Assembly: GCA_963616205.1 (NCBI GenBank)
Contig: CAVEKJ010000001.1
Location: forward strand, 1 to 63,962
DNA: 63,962 nt
DNA from: Prevotella sp.
GTDB taxonomy: Bacteria; Bacillota; Clostridia; Lachnospirales; Lachnospiraceae
Direction of reading: 5' to 3'
Positions 18,617 through 26,200 of the stretch are shown piece by piece. Made by a program: the position numbers and the translations under genes. Below the pieces are notes generated by a model. The model was given only the letters and a program-made list of their open reading frames with translations, ran no database searches and was not told the origin of the DNA. The first letter of the stretch is position 1, and each line of letters begins with the position of its first letter.

Positions 18617-19909
18617 ATGGAACAGTATGTGATTAAAGGCGGCAATCCTCTGGTTGGAGAAGTGGATATTGCAGGCGCGAAGAATGCTGCTCTTGCGATA
18701 TTGTCAGCAGCCATTATGACTGATGAAACTATATTGATCGAGAATCTGCCAGATGTTAGGGACATCAATGTTCTGCTTGAGGCCATCGCTGAAATCGGTG
18801 CTCAGGTTGAGCGTGTTGATAAGTCTACTGTAAAGATCAACGGTTCTACGATTGGCAATCTCAGCGTGGATTATGAGTTTATCAAGAAAATCCGTGCTTC
18901 TTATTATCTTCTGGGTGCTTTGCTTGGTAAGTATAAGCATGCGGAGGTTCCGCTTCCGGGTGGATGTAATATCGGCAGCAGGCCGATCGACCAGCATCTG
19001 AAGGGTTTCCGTGCTCTTGGTGCGGAGGTTGATATCCGTCATGGTGCTATTGTTGCCAAGGCGGAGAATCTGCATGGCAGCCATATTTTCCTGGATGTGG
19101 TTTCTGTTGGTGCTACGATCAATATTATGATGGCTGCTTCTATGGCGGCTGGTCGTACGATCATTGAGAATGCTGCCAGGGAGCCGCATGTTGTTGATGT
19201 GGCGAATTTCCTGAACAGTATGGGTGCGAATATCAAGGGTGCCGGTACGGATGTGATCCGTATCCGTGGTGTTGAGACGCTTCATCGTACGGAGTATTCT
19301 ATTATTCCGGATCAGATCGAGGCTGGTACGTTTATGTTTGCGGCGGCTGCTACGGGTGGTGATGTTACGGTCCGTAATGTTATTCCGAAGCATCTTGAGG
19401 CTACTACGGCTAAGCTTGAGGAGATCGGGTGTGAGGTTGAGGAGTTTGATGATGCGGTTCGTGTTCGTGCGCCGCATACGCTTCATCGGACTCATGTGAA
19501 GACGTTGCCTTATCCGGGTTATCCTACGGATATGCAGCCGCAGATCGCGGTTACGCTGGCTTTGGCTGAGGGTACGAGTATTGTTACTGAGAGTATTTTT
19601 GAGAACCGGTTTAAGTATGCGGATGAGCTTTCCCGGATGGGTGCCAATATTAAGGTGGAGGGGAACTCTGCTATTATTGATGGTGTGAAGAAGCTTACTG
19701 GGGCGCGGGTCAGTGCGCCGGATCTTCGTGCGGGGGCTGCGCTTGTGATCGCGGGGCTTGCTGCTGAGGGTGTTACGGTTGTTGATGATATTGTTTATAT
19801 TCAGCGTGGGTATGAGAATTTTGAGGAGAAGCTTCGGAGTCTTGGGGCTGAGATTGAGAGGGTTTCCAGTGAGAAGGAGATTCAGAAGTTTCGGCTGCGC
19901 GTTGGGTGA
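18617..19909 (+). CDS. murA: UDP-N-acetylglucosamine 1-carboxyvinyltransferase
   Basis: GAKNAAL, RASYYLLG, LPGGCNIGSRPIDQH, PYPGYPTDMQ, DLRAGAAL, RGYE. Confidence 0.97.
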   Translation: MEQYVIKGGNPLVGEVDIAGAKNAALAILSAAIMTDETILIENLPDVRDINVLLEAIAEIGAQVERVDKSTVKINGSTIGNLSVDYEFIKKIRASYYLLGALLGKYKHAEVPLPGGCNIGSRPIDQHLKGFRALGAEVDIRHGAIVAKAENLHGSHIFLDVVSVGATINIMMAASMAAGRTIIENAAREPHVVDVANFLNSMGANIKGAGTDVIRIRGVETLHRTEYSIIPDQIEAGTFMFAAAATGGDVTVRNVIPKHLEATTAKLEEIGCEVEEFDDAVRVRAPHTLHRTHVKTLPYPGYPTDMQPQIAVTLALAEGTSIVTESIFENRFKYADELSRMGANIKVEGNSAIIDGVKKLTGARVSAPDLRAGAALVIAGLAAEGVTVVDDIVYIQRGYENFEEKLRSLGAEIERVSSEKEIQKFRLRVG

Positions 19910-19926
19910 GATTTGAGAGTTTGATA

Positions 19927-19970
19927 GTTGGGAGAGTTCCTGGGTGTTTGGGCCTGGGGGCTCTTTTTTT
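19927..19970 (+). terminator. murA terminator; copy 1 of a ~44-bp direct repeat
   Basis: GTTGGGAGAGTTCCTGGGTGTTTGGGCCTGGGGGCTC-T run; recurs at 21636-21679 with one mismatch. Confidence 0.8.
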
Positions 19971-19984
19971 TTGCGGGGAGGGAC

Positions 19985-20262
19985 GAACGGACGGTCTGCC
20001 AGCGGGGCGGCTGCATGGTCGTGCCTGGTGCGGTCGTTTTGCCGGGGCATACTAAGCGTCTGAGGCTTCTGCCGTGCAGGGCGCCCCATAACTCGCCATG
20101 TACGCTGATGCGTACCTGGCTCAGACAGATGGGGCTTACTCTGCGGCTGGTGGCCGCAGAGTACCTTCCCGTCAGGAGCCTCAGGCGCTAAGTATGACCA
20201 GCGGCTTACTCCGACGCACCGGGCCCGACCATGCAGCCGTCCCGCTGGCGGACTGTCCGTTC
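19985..20262. repeat. ~278-bp long branched hairpin element (REP/MITE-like)
   Basis: 48-nt outer arms pair with 5 differences; a 27-nt inner stem; apical sub-hairpins including GCCCCAT..ATGGGGC and TACTCTGCGGC..GCCGCAGAGTA. Confidence 0.85.
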
Positions 20263-20350
20263 TGTGTGTTGGGGGTGGAACGGGTGGGTGTTTGGTGTGA
20301 GGGTGTTGGAATGTGAGAGGATTGAGTGGTTTGACGGGGATTGGATGGGC

Positions 20351-20535
20351 CGTCAGCGCTGCGCTGGACGGCTGGGAGGAAAGGCTGAGTTTGCTGGTGG
20401 TCTGACGGTGGGGGATGGGCATCGGCGCTGCGCTGGATGCTTGGAGGGAAGAAGGGTGGGAGGGAGGAGCATCGGGGCTGTGCTGGATGCTTGTGGGGAA
20501 AGGGTGGAGTGTGAGCATCGGTGTTGCGCTGGGTG
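20351..20535. repeat. Cluster of four ~20-bp REP-like palindromes (consensus CATCGGCGCTGCGCTGGATG)
   Basis: Copies at 20351, 20420, 20470 and 20516; further copies at 14521 and 44472. Confidence 0.75.
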
Positions 20536-20561
20536 CTTGTTTTTTTGTCGAAGGGTTTTTG

Positions 20562-20590
20562 TTGACTTTTGTTGGTGGTGTGGTTATACT
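20562..20590 (+). promoter_or_regulatory. Sigma-A promoter of the Rpn-like gene
   Basis: TTGACT-N17-TATACT. Confidence 0.65.
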
Positions 20591-20720
20591 GAGGGTACAT
20601 ATCTGGGAACATTCTGGGCCGTTCGGCTATCTGATCCCCATATGGTTGATTGTAAATATGGCGGGGAGGAGCCGGGGTGTTGTGTGAGGGTTTTTCTTTT
20701 GCCATCATAGTGAAAGGAGG

Positions 20721-21634
20721 ATGCTTATGCAGAGGAAGCGGCTTGAGGACATGAATCTTCTGGATGATTTTTTGTTTAATGCGGTTATGACTTTTCCGGG
20801 AATTGGTGAACGGTTTTGTAAGTTGTTGCTTCAGGTGATCTTTGGGCGTGAGATTGGAAAGTTGCGGATCGTTGCGCAGAAGGCTTTTGGTGGACGAAAT
20901 GAGGTTTTTCGTGGGGCGAGGCTTGATGTTTTTGCGGAGGAAGGGTCAGTGGATGTTTTTGCGGATTCTTCGGTTTTTGATATTGAGCCGGATAATAATG
21001 ATGATGTTTTGAGTTTGAGGGATTTGCCGAAGAGGGTCAGATTTTATCATGCGATCATTGATAGTCGGTGTTTGAAGAAGGGGGAGAATTTTGGGAAGCT
21101 TTGAAGAAGGGGGAGAATTTTGGGAAGCTTAAGAGGGTTTTTGTGATTTTTATTTGTTCGTATGATCCGTTTGACAGAGGAAGGATGTTGTATACGATTC
21201 GGAATATGTGTGTGGAGGTTCCGGAATTGGAGTATGATGATGGGGTTAGGACGGTTTTTCTGAATACGAAGGGGGCGGATGAGGATGTGTCTGAGGAGTT
21301 GATGGAGCTGCTTCGGTTTATGGAGGACACCAGGGAGGTGAATGCGGTTAATGATGTTTTGCGAGAGATGCAGGAGATGGTTGATATTGTTAAAGCGGAT
21401 GGAAAGGTGACGGTGGCGTATATGAAGAGTTTTGAGATTGAGCAGATGTGGATTAAGCAGGGGATTGATCAAGGAATTAAGCAGGGAATTAATCAAGGAA
21501 TTAAGCAGGGAATTGAACAGGGGAGGAAGGAGGAGAGAGTGAATACTTTGAGAGAGAAGGAGAGAGCGGATTGCTTGGAGAGGGAGTTGAGGGAGATTCG
21601 AAGGGAGATTCGAAGGGAGATGAAAAAGTCTTGA
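20721..21634 (+). pseudogene. Rpn-family / PD-(D/E)XK nuclease-transposase-like gene, frameshifted by a 29-bp tandem duplication
   Basis: LLDDFLFNAVM, GARLDV, LPKRVRFYHAIIDS, VIFICSYDPF, FLNTKG, C-terminal QGI repeats; exact duplication 21072-21100/21101-21129. Confidence 0.82.
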
Positions 21635-21635
21635 G

Positions 21636-21679
21636 GTTGGGAGAGTTCCCGGGTGTTTGGGCCTGGGGGCTCTTTTTTT
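21636..21679 (+). terminator. Terminator after the Rpn-like gene; copy 2 of the ~44-bp direct repeat
   Basis: Near-identical to 19927-19970. Confidence 0.8.
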
Positions 21680-21885
21680 GTGGGATGGGGGTGTTTTTTT
21701 TGTCGAGTTTTTGTGAAAGTTTTGAATTTATTTTTTGGGGGGAGTTGGACTATAATGGTTACTAAACAGATGATGGAGATTTGGGGGCCTTTTGGATTTG
21801 TTGGAGGGCTTTTCCCGGATCGGTGAGGGGCCTGGTTTTGGGGCCTGATTGACCTGGTCATTTTGGCCGGAGTACAGGAGATGAT

Positions 21886-22891
21886 TTGTTTATGAGTGAA
21901 TATACAGTGTTACCGCTTTTGAATTCTGCTTTTGAGCCGGGGAAGGCACGGGAGGCGGTTGAGCGGTTTGAGGATGTGGATATCAGGAGGATTGCCCAGG
22001 CGGAGCTTTTTTATTTTACGGGGCAGGCGGAGGAGTGTTGTGAGATCACCAGGGAGTATCTGTCCAGTAAGGTGATCGAGCTGAGGCTTTCGGCTTGTAT
22101 GGTGTATGGATATTCCAATCTGACGCTTGGGAATGCGGCGGCCAGGAGGGGGCTGGAGGGGATTCAGGTCTGCGTGAAGATGGCTATGAAGTCGAAGGTT
22201 TCGGATGAGGCTTTTGCTTCCTGTGCTTTTTGCGGGGTATGTGGGCGCGGTGCTTTTGCATCTTCCTACGGAGGGGATTCCCTCTTTGTGGGAGTACAGT
22301 GGTGGTCTGCCGGAGGGGTTGAGGCTTTTTGCGGTTTATATGGTGGCGCATCAGGCTTATCTTAACGGGGAGGTCTGGAGTGCTTATGGCATGGGTAAGG
22401 CTGTTTTGTTTATGACGGAGAAGGTTTATCCGATCAGTATGACGTATATCCGCTGTATGATGGCAATGTGCATGATCAACCGGAAGCATAAGCAGGAGGC
22501 TGAGGATGAGCTGATGCAGGGGTGGAGACTGGCTGAGAAGGATAAGTTTATCGAGCCTTTTATTGAGCATCATGGTCTTCTGCGTGGCCTGATCGAGGCA
22601 TGCATCCGAAAGAGTGATCCGGAAGCGTACCGACGGATCACGGATGGGGTGATTTCTTTTAGCAGGGGATGGATGGCTATCCACAATCCGGAAACGCAGA
22701 AAAAAGTTACCAATGAACTGTCTACCATGGAGTTTTCCATTGCCATGCTGGCCAGTGGAGGGTGGACGAATAAGGAGATCGCGGAGCATCTTGGGATCTC
22801 TGTGAATACGGTCAAACATTACCTTACGGATATCTTTTGTAAGCTGAATGTTAAGAAGAGAGATGAGATGAAAAAATACATGTTAAAATAA
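21886..22891 (+). pseudogene. LuxR-family (MalT-like C-terminal HTH) transcriptional regulator, frameshifted near 22225
   Basis: Two overlapping ORFs (21886-22365, 22205-22891); C-terminal LSTMEFSIAMLASGGWTNKEIAEHLGISVNTVKHYLTDIFCKLNVKKR is a LuxR HTH. Confidence 0.78.
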
Positions 22892-23094
22892 GGCCTGGGG
22901 GCACTTTTTCGTATATAAACGGGCTTTACAAAACAACTGTTGGTGTTGTACAATAAATAACACAAATAATCAGATTTTAATTGAAAATCAGACGAAAAGA
23001 ACCAGTAAACGAACAAGTTGAAAAGGAGGAGTTAAAGACTGATTTTTATTACCATCTGATAATGTCAATAACCATGCCAATAATGCCGGGTATA

Positions 23095-23123
23095 TTGACA
23101 TTACAATCACATAAAGGTAAAAT
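23095..23123 (+). promoter_or_regulatory. Sigma-A promoter of the pilus operon
   Basis: TTGACA-N17-TAAAAT. Confidence 0.6.
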
Positions 23124-23257
23124 ATCGAAAAGGTGTAACCTATTTACTCACCGGTTAAAAAACATGAAGCTTTTTCAGGAGAAAGGAATATAAACAGAAG
23201 TAAAGTAATAAGAAATAGAAGTACACGTTGATGCACACATAGGAAAGCGGGAAAGGT

Positions 23258-26200
23258 ATGAAGAAATTAAGGAATAATAAGATCAGAAAACTCCTGGCAT
23301 TTATGGTGGCTTTGGCGTTGATGGTATCCTGTATGCCGAGTGCATACACGATCTCCGCAAGTGAAGCATTTGGGGATGGAACGGATGATATATTTACCGA
23401 TGGTGAATTTACATCTGAACCAACGGCCGAAGAATCGACACCGGATGTAAGCGGCGCAGACCAGGTAGAACAAGAACAGGCGCAACAGACTACGCTTACA
23501 TATGAAAATGATTCTGTTAAAGTAACAGCAGAGGCGTTGGAGGACGGAGCTCTTCCGCAGAATACAACATTGAAAGCTGATACTGTAAATGAGAATTCAT
23601 CTGTATCCTATGATACAGTATCTCAGAAGCTTTCAACGGCAGCCGTTAATAAGGGCAGCAGCCTGCGAGGCTTTTTTGCGTATGATGTGTATTTTGCTGA
23701 TGGCGATGGAAACAGAGTCGAGCCGAATGGCAGGATCAGAGTTACTTTTGAGTATAAGACACCGGCAGCACCGGAGCTTACCGATGCAGCCAGCACGAGT
23801 GTAACCGTTGAGAAGCTTCATTATAACAGCAGTACCGGTGATACTGATGTTAACACCTTACAGGCCAACGAAGATCTGAAGGTTCTGAATGTCAATGAGA
23901 GCAAACAGATCCAGACACTTCAGGTTGAGACTGGCAACGCAGCTGTTTTTGCCGTTATGTGGGATTCTCCTGAGACAGCAGAAGTAAATGAAGAAGCTGT
24001 CGCAGAGGATACAGAAGATGTTTACGATAATGCGGATAAGGTATCTATCGCATCAGAGGAATTTTCGGACGCATCGGATATTTCGGATGAACCTGAGCAG
24101 GATGCAGCTGAGACACCGGCAGCAGAAGAGCCGGAGGTAACTCCTGATGCAGAACCTGCTGAGGAGCCGGCAGTTGAGCCGACGGAAACTCCGGATGTTG
24201 AACCTACCGAAGCTCCGGCAGAGGAAGAACCAGCAGAAGATATCGAAAGCCCTGATGAGGTTCCGGCAGCAGACGAGAATGGTGAGACAAGCCTGATCGA
24301 GGTTGTGGGAGACGAGACGAACCTTCGTGTCAGCCCATCCACAGAAGCAGAAGTTCTTACAACTGTAAACGCAGGAACACAGCTCACACTTCTGGATACT
24401 GTAACAGCAGAAGACGGAGCAACATGGTATAAGGTTTCTTATGAGGGAACTGAGGCTTACATAAGAAGTGATATGGCGCAGATTGTCGGAACTGACGAGG
24501 AAGTGCCAGAGGATGTGCAGGAAGAGGAAGCACAGCCTGAAATCACCAGATATGATTACAAGAGTGACGAAGTCAATGTCAAAGTTACTCTTACTGATCC
24601 GGCAGACCTTCCGGACAACGCAGAGCTTTCCGTAACACCAGTAGAGCTCAGCCAGGAAGCCGAAGACCAGATCACAGAAGAAGCAATCAAAGAAAAGAAA
24701 GCCATCGAGAAGATCCATTCCTACGATATCAAATTCCTGGTGGACGGCGAAGAAGTTCAGCCGGGTAATACGGTGAAGGTATCTGTATCTCTCAATGATG
24801 AGAAGAAGATCAAAGATGCGGATGTTTATCACGTAGATGCTGAGGATAATATTGAGAATATGGATGGCAGCGTTGCCAAGAATGGTGATGTTGAGTTTGA
24901 GACTACGCATTTTTCTACTTATGTAATTGTAAATAAAAAAGATAGTGGAACTATTAATGTTACAGTAGAACATTATGACAGTGATACAAATAATAAAATT
25001 TATGCAGATGATAAGTGGGAAAATTTAACAGTTGGTCAGCAGGTTAATTGTAAGAAAGCTCTTAATTGGGACATTGACAGGGTAGAAGTAACAACAACTA
25101 GCGGAGATACAGCGCCAACTCCGGATTCTTCAGGAAAGATTTATCTGGCACAGGATGCAACTGTTAAAGTATATTATACTCCTTCAACAGGAACAACTGT
25201 TGGAACACCTACTTTCTATGATTATACGGTAAAAGCTGTAGCAGATAATCAGGCTTCGAAGTATGGATATCCTTCAATAAATCAGGATGACAGTTATTCG
25301 AGTGATTCGAGTATCTCGTCAAATAAAATACTGATGGGAGCTTATACTCATCAGTATTCTGACAAATATCAATACAGTTGGACAAAAGATGGTAAAATAG
25401 TTAATGACTGGACAGGTAAGCCAGCACAGGGGGAACAGCCAACAGTTATAACAGGACTGTTAAAAGGAGTAAATTCAGATGGTTCAGTAAAGTTTAACTA
25501 TCAGGAACCGGGACTGTTCGTAAATTCAGATAAGACTGTACAGATTGGAAATGAACAGAGGTATTTAAGACAGATATATCAGAATTATAAACTTGGATTC
25601 GTCAGAAGTGGTGACAGTTATTCGCTGAAAGAAGTAAAAGATGGTAGTGGAAATGTTGTAACAGATCAATATGATTCCGAAACTGGAAATAATTTCTTTC
25701 CATTAGACAGTGTTAAAAAGTCATATGAAAATAGTTATAAGACAAAATCGGATTCGCATATAGACGACGGTGACACTAGAGAACATAATTATTATTTTGG
25801 AATGCGTTATGACATTAAATTCAAACTGGGAGATTACGTTGGAGATCTGAACTACAGTTTCAAGGGTGACGATGATATGTGGGTCGTTCTTGATGGTGGA
25901 AAGATAAAAGAAGATGGTACAGTTGATTATGGTAAGGTTATTATTGACCTTGGTGGAATCCATGATGCTGCCTCTGCAAATGTCGATTTATGGAAAGAAT
26001 TGTTTGGTTCAGACTATGCGAATGGTGCATCAAATAAAGATGCCAAAAGAGCTTCATTAACTAAAGATCAGAAAAATGAAGAGCATACGCTAACAGTTCT
26101 TTATCTGGAACGAGGTGCAGGTTTATCCAACTGTAAGATGAACTTTACCCTTCCAAATGCAGAAATCTCATCAGTTACAACAACGGATCTTGCAAATCTG

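Noticed and set aside
18704..20518. 604-aa minus-strand ORF and other long antisense ORFs (e.g. 15360-16634, 49842-51605, 1067-1927)
   Set aside because: Shadows of real genes; biased codon usage removes antisense stop codons, and the products have no recognisable motifs.
19928..20710. Short ORFs over the hairpin/REP region (also 44295-44886)
   Set aside because: Low-complexity translations of structured repeats with no RBS or homology cues.
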